A DNA stretch of 27,954 bases, taken from IMG/VR virus record IMGVR_UViG_3300042975_000097; one strand, written 5' to 3'. Both the position numbers and the translations under genes were made by a program. This stretch comes from a virus. Taxonomy: Duplodnaviria; Heunggongvirae; Uroviricota; Caudoviricetes. The stretch's first letter is position 1. Each line of letters begins with the position of its first letter. Below the pieces are notes generated by a model, which was not told the origin of the DNA, did not search any database, and saw nothing but the letters and a program-made list of their open reading frames with translations. Below, one piece after another: positions 9,060 to 18,155 of the stretch.

Positions 9060-10473
9060 GGGCTGCCGCCTCAGACTCAAGGCCGCGTTCACTAGACGGC
9101 GCGGCGCCGAACCGGAGCGTATTAGCACCGGTGAGGCCGAGGATGCCTTTAAACGCCTGATCGAGTACGTGCGGGGTCGTGTCAGCATTGAGCTTGATTA
9201 TGCTCACATCCTTGCGAACAAGCGCGCCCTTGACCGGTTGGACGGCAAGCGCTTGAAGCCAGCGGAGGCGGCCCGTCAGGCGGGCATCCGCATAAGCGGG
9301 ATACCGGGCACCATCCTGAGCGGGTCAAGGGTGGAGAAGCTCATCACCGAGCAGATCGCCGGTAAGATCGGCAAGTGGAACGGCGACCCCAGGTTCAAAC
9401 CGAACGCCGGGTACAGCATTAACCTCGGCGCCGTTGATAGGAGCATGGCGATGCTCACCGTGCGGGGCGACGAGGCATGGCTGAGTTGCAACGCGTATGA
9501 TAAGAGACTCCTATTATGCTTCAACATCCCGCGGCATCTCAGGCACGCGAGCAAGGTCTGCCTGCCAAGCGTGGCGTGGCTCCCGGCAACCGGTAGGGTA
9601 TCGTTCTCGTTCGCGTTCCAGTACGGCGCGCCGCTCCCCGCGATCAGCAGCGAGTACGTGCTCGGCGTGGACAGGGGCATACGGGAGTTCGCGACGTTCA
9701 GCGTCGCCAGGACGCGCGACGGCTCGGTCGCGTGCGCAGGGACGCTCAGCACCCGCCTGCACCAGTTGTCCGCGCGCATATCGAGAATGGAACACGAGGT
9801 AAAGTGCCTTCACCCGCTGATCGATGCTTGCATCGACCGGCGTGACTTCCCGCTGTACCACGTGCTTATGGGACAGTTGGCCGGCAAGAATCGCAAACTC
9901 ACCGAGTTGAGAGCACTGCTCTGCAAGGAATCGGCGATGGAGATCGTCGCGGTCGCTCAGCATTACGGTAACTGCATGATCATGCTTGAGGACCTATCAT
10001 GGTCGGGGAACTGGCACTCCAAGGTGCCGTTCGGCCTTTTTAAATCATGGCTCGAGTTCACCGCGGTGAAAGCGGGGACGCACGTTCAGCTTGTGAACGC
10101 GGCTTACACTTCGCATGAGTGCGCTAACTGCGGGGAGACCAGTGATTACACCCTTAACCCGGGCACGAGGGAGTTCGAGTGCCACCAGTGCGCGGCGCGC
10201 CTCGACAGGGACGTGAACGCTGCTATTAACATCGCGCGGCGCGGTATCACCCGCGCCGTGAAATCATCCGTTACCCGGGGCAAGCACACGTCCACGCCGC
10301 GCGGCCGACGGGTACTACGCAGAACCATCAAACTCGATATCATCATGCCGGTGCAGGGGACCGAGAGTCCCCACAGAGTTACACCGGGACCAGCGCACGG
10401 GGCGCCGGCCATGAGCACTGCCCATCATGACAAGGGAATCCTACGCCACAGGTTATACTACTACACTACCTAA
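9049..10473 (+). CDS. tnpB: TnpB RNA-guided nuclease (474 aa), RuvC triad intact
   Basis: VLGVDRG (RuvC-I), IMLEDL (RuvC-II), YTSHECANCG..FECHQC zinc finger, DRDVNAAINI (RuvC-III). Confidence 0.9.
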   Translation: MISKGCRLRLKAAFTRRRGAEPERISTGEAEDAFKRLIEYVRGRVSIELDYAHILANKRALDRLDGKRLKPAEAARQAGIRISGIPGTILSGSRVEKLITEQIAGKIGKWNGDPRFKPNAGYSINLGAVDRSMAMLTVRGDEAWLSCNAYDKRLLLCFNIPRHLRHASKVCLPSVAWLPATGRVSFSFAFQYGAPLPAISSEYVLGVDRGIREFATFSVARTRDGSVACAGTLSTRLHQLSARISRMEHEVKCLHPLIDACIDRRDFPLYHVLMGQLAGKNRKLTELRALLCKESAMEIVAVAQHYGNCMIMLEDLSWSGNWHSKVPFGLFKSWLEFTAVKAGTHVQLVNAAYTSHECANCGETSDYTLNPGTREFECHQCAARLDRDVNAAINIARRGITRAVKSSVTRGKHTSTPRGRRVLRRTIKLDIIMPVQGTESPHRVTPGPAHGAPAMSTAHHDKGILRHRLYYYTT

Positions 10474-10489
10474 CGCAAGATTCTACTCT
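10290..10489 (+). ncRNA. Predicted omegaRNA scaffold of element A copy 1 (5' boundary unknown)
   Basis: Position only: TnpB omegaRNAs overlap the tnpB 3' end and transposon right end; this stretch is nearly identical between both copies. Not folded or verified. Confidence 0.45.
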
Positions 10490-10554
10490 CGTACTGGTCT
10501 TGCCCTGTGGGCTCGCCATGATGCCGCTGCCGGTGGAACCGGTGGCTTCGCTTC

Positions 10555-10589
10555 GCTATACCTGATAGCTCCCTCCTTTAACGCGATTC
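10555..10589 (+). repeat. Motif A copy 4
   Basis: gctatacctgatagctccctcctttaacgcgattc. Confidence 0.9.
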
Positions 10590-10720
10590 TAGGGGGTCGG
10601 GTGGTATCTTTTGCGTATGTCTCATCATGTTCTTCATGCCGCCTATACCATCCGGGAATCATCACGACCGCGGCGAGGGGAAGAAACGGCGCGGACTATT
10701 CGCAAGATGGGAGGGCGTGT

Positions 10721-10855
10721 GCTGAGATCCACGTAGAACACGATGTCACGGTTTTGTGACCGTGGTATCGAAAACGCCGTTTTTCGCACGGCGTCGAGAA
10801 AATACGTTCATACGATAAGCGAACGCTTGCCATGTGAGCGTAATCGACGTAGGGT
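10721..10855 (-). repeat. Element B copy 3 (reverse orientation)
   Basis: Reverse complement aligns with copies 1 and 2. Confidence 0.9.
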
Positions 10856-11007
10856 GGCGGCGAGGGTCATGAGCATCGTTTCCGGCGCCGACCAGCCGCT
10901 CACTTGGCGCCGACCGGTCGCGACACGTCGGCGCCCGCGACCGGGACCCGTAGTACCATGAGAAGAGCAAGAGCGGTCGGACGATGATGAACACAGGGGG
11001 TCACAAC

Positions 11008-11386
11008 ATGGAGATGACGATGGAGGACATCATGGCGGAGGACATTAGGCTTTACGAGGCCGCCGCGATGCCCGATCGCTTCGCCGGCGACCTGCTGGCA
11101 CACGTACGCGGAGCGCGAGGCCGACTTCAATCGATGGCGCCGCCGGCATGACACGATGGTGATGACCGACGTCATCGCGCTGGCCTTCGGCCTGGACGCC
11201 GGCGATCGCGAACGGCTGCGGGCCCGGCTTGATGGCATCGACGTATACTCGGACGAGGATGTCATGTGGGTGCTCATGAACCACATGCGCCCGCGCACCA
11301 CGCCCGCTACCGAGCGGACCGACGCCGATCCGCTGGACGGGCATGGGGGTATGCCGATGGCGTCGCCCGCGGCCGACGGCCGATGA
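11008..11386 (+). pseudogene. Frameshifted hypothetical gene
   Basis: AGGGGG RBS + ATG 11008 (MEMTMEDIMAEDIRLYE..) in frame 1; WHTYAEREADFNRWRRRHD..MTDVIALAF.. continues in frame 2 from about 11095. Confidence 0.45.
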
Positions 11387-11599
11387 TGGCGGCACCGCTT
11401 ACGAACCGGCATCTACGAGTGCGCACGTGCCACAGGATCCGACCGTCCCCGCGTATGAGCGGTTGCCATAGGCGGTTCCGCGGGCGATGCCGGCCGCCCG
11501 CGCGTCGGCGCCGTGAGCACGCCCGGTCGGGGTCCGTTCGCAATCGACCGGTGATGGTGATACGCTGGGACGGTATTCATTCACTTATATGGGAGGCAT

Positions 11600-11914
11600 A
11601 TGATGACCGATGAGACGAGGAGCACGGAACCGGGGGCCAAGCGGGTTACGCGAGCGTCCAAGGACTCGAGGATCAGGGTCGTGAATCACTGGCTATCGGA
11701 TTCCGGTGATTCCGAGATCGTGCTGGTCGAACCGGTGGACAAGGGCATCGAACTGCGGAACGACCTGTTCTGGTTCGCCGATGACCAGATGCCGCGCTGG
11801 TCGCCCGGCGTCGAACTCACCGTCAGCCAGATACAGGGGCTGGAGTGCTATCGGTGGGGCACCTTCGCGTCCGTCGAGCATGACATCCCCGACGGTTTCC
11901 ACATGCCGCTCTGA
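11600..11914 (+). CDS. Hypothetical protein (104 aa)
   Basis: GGGAGG RBS immediately upstream; protein-like composition. Confidence 0.65.
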   Translation: MMTDETRSTEPGAKRVTRASKDSRIRVVNHWLSDSGDSEIVLVEPVDKGIELRNDLFWFADDQMPRWSPGVELTVSQIQGLECYRWGTFASVEHDIPDGFHMPL

Positions 11915-12034
11915 TGTGAGACCGACGTCGGTCGCCGCCAATCGATGACGATGGTAGCGGCCGTTGACGCGCGAGGCGCGTCGGGTCCCGCGGCGGGGTA
12001 TACCACTGGTGATGACGTTGAGTATGCGGTCACG
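11906..12034 (+). repeat. Duplicated ~125-bp promoter-bearing segment, copy X
   Basis: Aligns with 14740-14861; contains GGCGCGTCGGG-N13-TATACC. Confidence 0.85.
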
Positions 12035-12162
12035 GCGCGGCTCGCGCGCTTGGACGCCGCCGGCGTCGCGCCATCACCGCGCTCCGGTATTACTGGTAGA
12101 AGGAGCGTGTCAGCCGTTCGGTCGGTCACGTTCGCGTTCGCGAATCGTCAACGATAAGGAGA

Positions 12163-12771
12163 ATGAGCATGAACGGCATTAACAAGCATATGATCCCGCT
12201 GGAGAGCATACGGAGCGTCAGCGTGGGTGACATCATGGCGATAATTTTCCTCGCGCTGGCCATCGGGGCGTTTGCCGCGCTGATTGTGGGCGGGGTTGTA
12301 GCCTGCCTCCCCAACCAGTCCGACGCCGCTGCCATGACGACAGCCGTGACTGTGGCGATTATCACGACGATAATCGCGTGCTGCTTGATGGCCCATGTCG
12401 GTCTTGAAAAGAGCATCGACACATCAAAGATCAACAACGAGTACGGCATCACCGTGACAGCGATGAAAAGCACCGATAACCAGGACGGCATGGGAACGCA
12501 CCGCGTGAGTTATCTCCACGATGGAGCACTGGTCAACGGCACGCTGATCGTCAAGGACGGGAAGGCCGGCCTGTTCGCGGGCACGGGTGACGCACTCGAC
12601 CCGGTGAAGCCGAGATCAGCGAGCGCCTCGTCAACCACGTCGAAGACAACGGGCACGAGCAAGCCGAGTAAGACCACACGCTCGCGCGGCGGCTGCTACG
12701 CGAAGAGTTATAATGAGGATGGCAGCATCAGGGAACTCGCCGGCGACTGCCCGGCGACCGCCGCTCGCTAA
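12163..12771 (+). CDS. Two-TM membrane protein, family M, with C-terminal Cys module
   Basis: AAGGAG RBS; two TMs; SKINNEYGITVT..HRVSYLHDGALVNGT.I.KDGK.GLF; close paralogue of 22949-23473, including the upstream region. Confidence 0.8.
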   Translation: MSMNGINKHMIPLESIRSVSVGDIMAIIFLALAIGAFAALIVGGVVACLPNQSDAAAMTTAVTVAIITTIIACCLMAHVGLEKSIDTSKINNEYGITVTAMKSTDNQDGMGTHRVSYLHDGALVNGTLIVKDGKAGLFAGTGDALDPVKPRSASASSTTSKTTGTSKPSKTTRSRGGCYAKSYNEDGSIRELAGDCPATAAR

Positions 12772-12786
12772 GGAGCGCATGTCATC

Positions 12787-12969
12787 ATGAACACGATCAT
12801 CATCGTCGCGTGGATCATCATGCCGTCGGGTCGGGGTCGGCAACGACCGCGAGCATCGGACGGGTACAAGAACACGCCGGTGTACGCGGGGGGGGGCGCG
12901 CCGCGCAGACGGCAAGCGAACGGTCGGCGGGATCGGCGCCCGCCTGCCCGGGCGTGTCGCGGACGATGA
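12787..12969 (+). pseudogene. Deleted remnant of the 14936-15580 gene
   Basis: Shares RBS/start (taaggagcgcat.tcatcatgaacacgatcatcatcg) and the block 12825-12929 = 15076-15178, but lacks the TM segment and the 3' part. Confidence 0.75.
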
Positions 12970-13024
12970 CGCTATAGAATGAGGACGCACGCCAACGCGG
13001 CGAAGAATAATACGAGGAGGAAGC

Positions 13025-13258
13025 ATGAAACTCTACAGAATATGGCAAACGGTCAACATTGACTATGACACGTACGACAGCGCCGTTGTCGCAGCGGAAA
13101 CGCCAGAAGACGCACAACGAATTCACCCGCACGGCGATATACCGTATTCGTGGGATGATTCATGGTGCGCGTATGATGATGTGAACGTCGAATATATCGG
13201 TGAGGCGAAACCCGGTACTAACCGCGGCGTCATTGTTGCCAGTTTCAACGCAGGATGA
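13025..13258 (+). CDS. Small phage-like hypothetical protein (77 aa)
   Basis: GAGGAG RBS; MKLY.I.Q..N.DYDTYDSAVVAAE..EDA..IHP..VIVASFNAG is a pattern I recall from phage proteins; motif-C promoter at 12951-12980. Confidence 0.8.
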   Translation: MKLYRIWQTVNIDYDTYDSAVVAAETPEDAQRIHPHGDIPYSWDDSWCAYDDVNVEYIGEAKPGTNRGVIVASFNAG

Positions 13259-13267
13259 GGAGGAATA

Positions 13268-13465
13268 ATGATACGTGACCTGATTGAGGCATCCGAAGAG
13301 TTCGCAGGGAAACATGGCATCGGCGAAATCGCGCTTGAACCCACGGTCCAGACCTTAGGATCTGTGGACATGGACCTCCATCAGGGTCCCGTACTGGCTA
13401 CTGTTTCTATTCTGACTCCATACCTATCGTATGGACGCCGTAACAGGTATGCAGTGCGTGCATGA
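13268..13465 (+). CDS. Small hypothetical protein (65 aa)
   Basis: GAGGAGG RBS; 9 nt after the previous stop. Confidence 0.65.
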   Translation: MIRDLIEASEEFAGKHGIGEIALEPTVQTLGSVDMDLHQGPVLATVSILTPYLSYGRRNRYAVRA

Positions 13466-13486
13466 TGCTGGCATACGGCATAAGGA

Positions 13487-13517
13487 ATAGGGAGTCGAAA
13501 ACGTATCGACTCCCTAT
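13487..13517. terminator. Perfect 12-bp hairpin between convergent genes
   Basis: ATAGGGAGTCGA-aaacgta-TCGACTCCCTAT. Confidence 0.65.
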
Positions 13518-13544
13518 GATGTCCACCAATGCTATTCCTTAACG

Positions 13545-14630
13545 CTATTCCTTCAGGAGGTACTTGTTGTTGATGGATTTGAAATGCCTCCATGATGGAT
13601 TCATGCCATCAATGGGTTCACCATCATAACGCCATACCACGCCCTCGGCAAGACGGTTGGTCTCAATAACGGACTTACGACCATACGACATGTCGATGAT
13701 GTTCTGCAGGGCGGTTCTGCCGTCAACGCCATCCACGGGAAGCTTCAGGTCAAGCTGCGGAACCACCGAATCCAAACCGAAGACCTTGTCCGCTGGGTTG
13801 AAGCGCTCGCCATCGATGATGACGTTGAATACATGGAATTCCAGAGACTTTCGGCCAAGGCGATTCCCGTTGATTCCCGGCCCGGTGGACTCGCCCTGAA
13901 TCACCACGATGGAGGCATGTGGATGCAATGCGGCAATGGCATCAAGATGAGATTGAATGCCATATGCCTCATAGTTCCTCCAATACAGGTTGTTTTCATC
14001 GCCATCGCCATGGAGCACCTCATTGTTCCTTGAACATGCCCCATATCGAACGCCGCCATCCATATCCACCTTACGATAGTATGATGTCGATGTTCCGTCA
14101 AGCTTCTCGGAAGCGCGGAACAATGCGGCGATGTCCGGGTGCTCCACCAGCCAATCAACCATCGGGGAAAGATTCTGCACTCTTTCCTCATCGGTCTTCG
14201 TGATGAACGAAGGGAACGTACTCATGCGACCAGTCTGGGTGATAACTTCCGGAGGGTCATACTTCTCGACTTCAAGCATTTCACTGACATCCTCACCCAC
14301 CGGAGCGTCCGCATCAATACCCAAATCACGGAGCGAGAAAGCAAGACCCTGCGACAACTGACCACGAAGCTTCACTGTTCTCAACACCACACAGGGAACC
14401 CCGCGACTATTGACACGGTTCTTGCCCCTGGTCGCCAATGGAGCGAACAACGGGTTCGTCAATGGGAGCATGGAATCAGGCTCGAAATACACGCACTTGT
14501 CTCCAATGGTGAAATAGTCCCTCGACGCCACGACCGGCCATCCTCCGATATGGGCGGTCACGATCCTGTCCGCGCCGGGGATCGGAGTGATGTCGTCGAT
14601 GGTCCTCACCGTGGCCAGTGTCCTCGTCAT
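13545..14630 (-). CDS. ATP-dependent RNA ligase, DRB0094/Rnl2-like (361 aa)
   Basis: N-terminal LAT(V)..I..I.PI.GADRI..A.I.GW.VV domain; ligase motif I EKLDGTS; SRN; IQGE..GPGINGN; F.VFN; EGVV; FK.INNKYLLK; AAAGGAGG RBS. Confidence 0.9.
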   Translation of the reverse strand: MTRTLATVRTIDDITPIPGADRIVTAHIGGWPVVASRDYFTIGDKCVYFEPDSMLPLTNPLFAPLATRGKNRVNSRGVPCVVLRTVKLRGQLSQGLAFSLRDLGIDADAPVGEDVSEMLEVEKYDPPEVITQTGRMSTFPSFITKTDEERVQNLSPMVDWLVEHPDIAALFRASEKLDGTSTSYYRKVDMDGGVRYGACSRNNEVLHGDGDENNLYWRNYEAYGIQSHLDAIAALHPHASIVVIQGESTGPGINGNRLGRKSLEFHVFNVIIDGERFNPADKVFGLDSVVPQLDLKLPVDGVDGRTALQNIIDMSYGRKSVIETNRLAEGVVWRYDGEPIDGMNPSWRHFKSINNKYLLKE

Positions 14631-14739
14631 GAACGCCCTCCTTTAACATAAATGCACGACGGCAATATCACAGGAGCCACTCGGTGATTCCGGTCGCCAG
14701 CGACAACTCGTTGGCGACGGTAATCGTGTCCTTTTTCCG

Positions 14740-14861
14740 CCGCTCTGATGCGAGATCGCCGTCGGTCGCCGCCAATAGATGACGATGGCGGCCGTTGACG
14801 CGCTCGAGCCGTCGATCTCGCGGCGGGGTATACTACTAATGACGTTGAACATGCGGTCACG
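14740..14861 (+). repeat. Duplicated promoter-bearing segment, copy Y
   Basis: Aligns with 11906-12034; TATACT at 14829-14834. Confidence 0.85.
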
Positions 14862-14935
14862 CGACGTCGAGGGAAGGCGTCGCCCGCGCCGGCGACTGCC
14901 CGGCGACCGCCACTCACTAAGGAGCGCATCTCATC

Positions 14936-15580
14936 ATGAACACGATCATCATCGCCTCAACCGGCGTGCCGCTATCGAACGTCATCGGAGCACGGTCCGA
15001 CATCACGCCGTACATCGTCACCGGCGTCATTCTGCTGATCATCGGCATCATCGGCGTCGCGCGGAGCATCAGGCTGTCGGGTCTGGGTCGGCAACGACCG
15101 CGAGCATCGGACGAGCACCAGAGCACGCCGGTGTACGCGTGGGAGCGCGCCGCGCAGGCGGCAAGCGGACAGTCGGCGCCTGTCGATAACACGACGGCGC
15201 AACCGGCACCCACGACCGGTCCCGTGGGAATAAGCCGGCGACTCGAGGTGGTGTGCGCCGTGCTGATGAACATCGGCGGCGCCGTCGGCATCTTCCTGCT
15301 CATAGTCGCGCTCGACTACGGTACCATCGCCCGGCCCGACATCAGCACCCGCTCACTCGAACACGAGTACGGCATCAGCATCGTCAAGGTCGCCGGCGCC
15401 GGGTATGCGGACACGATATCATGGAAGCCTTCGCATGATACTGGCACCGCCATCGTGTTCAAGCGTGGCGGCGAGCGGGTGAACGGTATGATCGTCGTCG
15501 ATGATAACCGGGTGACCGTGTTCGCCATGACCGGCTCGCATGGTGGCCTGAAGGAGTTGAAGCCGATTACCGGCCGGTAG
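14936..15580 (+). CDS. Two-TM membrane protein, family M
   Basis: AAGGAG RBS; two TMs; SLEHEYGISIV...VFKRGG..VNGMIVVDDNRV.VF...LKPI. Confidence 0.75.
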   Translation: MNTIIIASTGVPLSNVIGARSDITPYIVTGVILLIIGIIGVARSIRLSGLGRQRPRASDEHQSTPVYAWERAAQAASGQSAPVDNTTAQPAPTTGPVGISRRLEVVCAVLMNIGGAVGIFLLIVALDYGTIARPDISTRSLEHEYGISIVKVAGAGYADTISWKPSHDTGTAIVFKRGGERVNGMIVVDDNRVTVFAMTGSHGGLKELKPITGR

Positions 15581-15626
15581 GCCGACGTTGGCCACGCGCG
15601 GGCACGTCAACGGTCGATAACGTGCC

Positions 15627-15762
15627 GCTCCACGTCGATTACGCTCACACGATAAGCAAACGCTTGCCGTATGAGCGTATTTTTCATGCGACACCGTGAG
15701 AACGGCGTTTTCGATGTGACCCGTCACAATAACGTGAAACCGGGCGCTACGTGGCTTACAGC
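15627..15762 (+). repeat. Element B copy 4 (hairpin tip inverted)
   Basis: Aligns with the other copies; 15649-15670 is the reverse complement of the equivalent segment in copies 1-3. Confidence 0.85.
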
Positions 15763-15821
15763 GCACGGCCCGAACAGGCGGCGCGGCGTCGACGGTACGT
15801 GAGCGACCGCCAAGCACGACG

Positions 15822-16052
15822 TCATGAACGATGACGGGCGAGCGCTGACATGGCACCACGGAGCGCGGCGGCGAGGTTGGCATCGTCCAGTAGCGGCATG
15901 TAACCGCCCATGATGATGGCCATAACGGTTCGCTCGCCCTCATTGAGTTCGAGCACGTGATTGAGCGCGCGCCCGATCATGGTTGCTCTCATGTCGAGCG
16001 CCAGCCCGTAGAAGTCGTTGGTGGCGTCGCCGCCGTACTCACTGTTAAGGCT
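15822..16052 (-). pseudogene. 3' part (76 codons) of the gene interrupted by IS607-A copy 2
   Basis: Joins in frame to 18156-18611 when the element is removed: ..PEFVK|SLNSEYGGDATNDFYGLALDMR..ARHRS*. Confidence 0.75.
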
Positions 16053-16114
16053 TGGTGACAGTTGCGTGATATTATTATGATTAGCGATATTGTATCATGT
16101 GGTCAGGGGGCGTG

Positions 16115-16726
16115 ATGATTCAGATTGGTAAGGCGGCGCGGATACTGGGCGTGACGCCGCAGACGGTTCGCGCGTACGTGAGGGCGGGTAAGCTTCGTGC
16201 GACCGTGAATGGTAGTGGGAGGTTCCTGTTCGATGAGCAGGATTGTTACGATTACACTGGTCGTAGTAAGGCGGAGTGTGAGCACCGGGTGGTCTTCTAC
16301 GTGAGGTCGTCGAACGGTCAGGAGGCGTCGATGCGATCGCAGGTCGACTTGCTCACGGCGAGGTACGGCGCGCCGTTCAAAATCTACAGGGACGCGTCAT
16401 CAGGGCTTAACGAGAACCGGCGCGGGCTGGCGGCGCTCATACGGGACATCACCGATGATGACATCAGCACCGTGTGCGTGACGCACAAGGACCGGCTCAC
16501 CCGATTCGGGTTCCATTACCTCGAAATCCTATTCAAGGAGCACGGCACCACCATCAACGTGCTATCATCATCCTCGAAGTCATTACAAGAGGAGCTCATG
16601 CAGGACTTCATGAGCCTGATAGCATCGTTCAGCGGTAGGTTCTACCGGATGCGCGGGTACGAGCAGCAGGAGAGACTGCTGCATGACGCGGAGAACGTCA
16701 TAGAAGAGCGACGGCATGATAAGTAA
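16115..16726 (+). CDS. tnpA: IS607-family serine transposase (alternative start 16097)
   Basis: Near-identical to 8448-9059. Confidence 0.93.
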   Translation: MIQIGKAARILGVTPQTVRAYVRAGKLRATVNGSGRFLFDEQDCYDYTGRSKAECEHRVVFYVRSSNGQEASMRSQVDLLTARYGAPFKIYRDASSGLNENRRGLAALIRDITDDDISTVCVTHKDRLTRFGFHYLEILFKEHGTTINVLSSSSKSLQEELMQDFMSLIASFSGRFYRMRGYEQQERLLHDAENVIEERRHDK

Positions 16727-18140
16727 GGGCTGCCGCCTCAGACTCAAGGCCGCGTTCACTAGACGACGCGGCGCCGAACCGGAGCGTATTAGCACTGGTG
16801 AGGCCGAGGATGCCTTCAAGCGCCTGATCGAGTACGTGCGGGGTCGTGTCAGCATTGAGCTTGATTATGCTCACATCCTCGCGAACAAGCGCGCCCTCGA
16901 CCGGTTGGACGGCAAGCGCCTGAAACCAGCGGAGGCGGCCCGACAGGCGGGCATCCGCATAAGCGGGATACCGGGCACCATCCTGAGCGGGTCAAGGGTG
17001 GAGAGGCTCATCACCGAGCAGATCGCCGGTAAGATCGGCAAGTGGAACGGCGACCCCAGGTTCAAACCGAACGCCGGGTACAGCATTAACCTCGGCGCCG
17101 TTGATAGGCAGATGGCGATGCTCACCGTGAGGGGCGACGAGGCATGGCTGAGCTGCAACGCGTATGATAAGAGACTCCTATTATGCTTCAACATCCCGCG
17201 GCATCTCAGGCACGCGAGCAAGGTCTGCCTGCCAAGCGTGACGTGGCGCCCGTCAACCGGTAGGGTATCGTTCTCGTTCGCGTTCCAGTACGGCGCGCCG
17301 CTCCCCGCGATCAGTAGCGAGTACGTGCTCGGCGTGGACAGGGGCATACGGGAGTTCGCGACGTTCAGCGTCACCAGGACGCGCGATGGCTCGGTCGCGT
17401 GCGCAGGGACGCTCAGCACCCGCCTGCACCAGTTGTCCGCGCGCATATCGAGAATGGAACACGAGGTCAAGTGCCTTCACCCGCTGATCGATGCTTGCAT
17501 CGACCGGCGTGACTTCCCGCGGTACCAAGTGCTTATGGGACAGTTGACCGGCAAGAGGCGTAAACTCACCGCGTTGAGAGCACTGCTCTGCAAGGAATCG
17601 GCGATGGAGATCGTCGCGGTCGCCCAGCATTACGGTAACTGCATGATCATGCTTGAGGACCTATCATGGTCGGGGAACTGGCACTCCAAGGTGCCGTTCG
17701 GCCTTTTTAAATCATGGCTCGAGTTCACCGCGGTGAAAGCGGGGACGCACGTTCAGCTTGTGAACGCGGCTTACACTTCGCGTGAGTGCGCTAACTGCGG
17801 GGAGACCAGTGATTACACCCTTAACCCGGGCACGAGGGAGTTCGAGTGCCACCAGTGCGCGGCGCGCCTCGACAGGGACGTGAACGCTGCTATTAACATC
17901 GCGCGGCGCGGTATCACCCGCGCCGTGAAATCATCCGTTACCCGGGGCAAGCACACGTCCACGCCGCGCGGCCGACGGGTACTACGCAGAACCATCAAAC
18001 TCGATATCATCATGCCGGTGCAGGGGACCGAGAGTCCCCACAGAGTTACACCGGGACCAGCGCACGGGGCGCCGGCCATGAGCACTGCCCATCATGACCA
18101 AGGAATCCTACGCCACAGGTTATACTACTACACTACCTAA
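16716..18140 (+). CDS. tnpB: TnpB RNA-guided nuclease (474 aa), RuvC triad intact
   Basis: Near-identical to 9049-10473; D-E-D residues and zinc finger retained. Confidence 0.9.
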   Translation: MISKGCRLRLKAAFTRRRGAEPERISTGEAEDAFKRLIEYVRGRVSIELDYAHILANKRALDRLDGKRLKPAEAARQAGIRISGIPGTILSGSRVERLITEQIAGKIGKWNGDPRFKPNAGYSINLGAVDRQMAMLTVRGDEAWLSCNAYDKRLLLCFNIPRHLRHASKVCLPSVTWRPSTGRVSFSFAFQYGAPLPAISSEYVLGVDRGIREFATFSVTRTRDGSVACAGTLSTRLHQLSARISRMEHEVKCLHPLIDACIDRRDFPRYQVLMGQLTGKRRKLTALRALLCKESAMEIVAVAQHYGNCMIMLEDLSWSGNWHSKVPFGLFKSWLEFTAVKAGTHVQLVNAAYTSRECANCGETSDYTLNPGTREFECHQCAARLDRDVNAAINIARRGITRAVKSSVTRGKHTSTPRGRRVLRRTIKLDIIMPVQGTESPHRVTPGPAHGAPAMSTAHHDQGILRHRLYYYTT

Positions 18141-18155
18141 CGCAAGATTCTACTC

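Larger units (their letters stand above)
8387..10489 (+). mobile_element. IS607-family element A, copy 1 (2103 bp)
   Basis: Identity with 16054-18156 begins at CTT|GGTGACAG and ends at ...GATTCTACTCT; flanks differ beyond these points. Confidence 0.92.

Noticed and set aside
3237-12760. RELAGDC-coding repeats as DGR template/variable regions
   Set aside because: Differences are not confined to adenines and are largely synonymous; no reverse transcriptase in the window.
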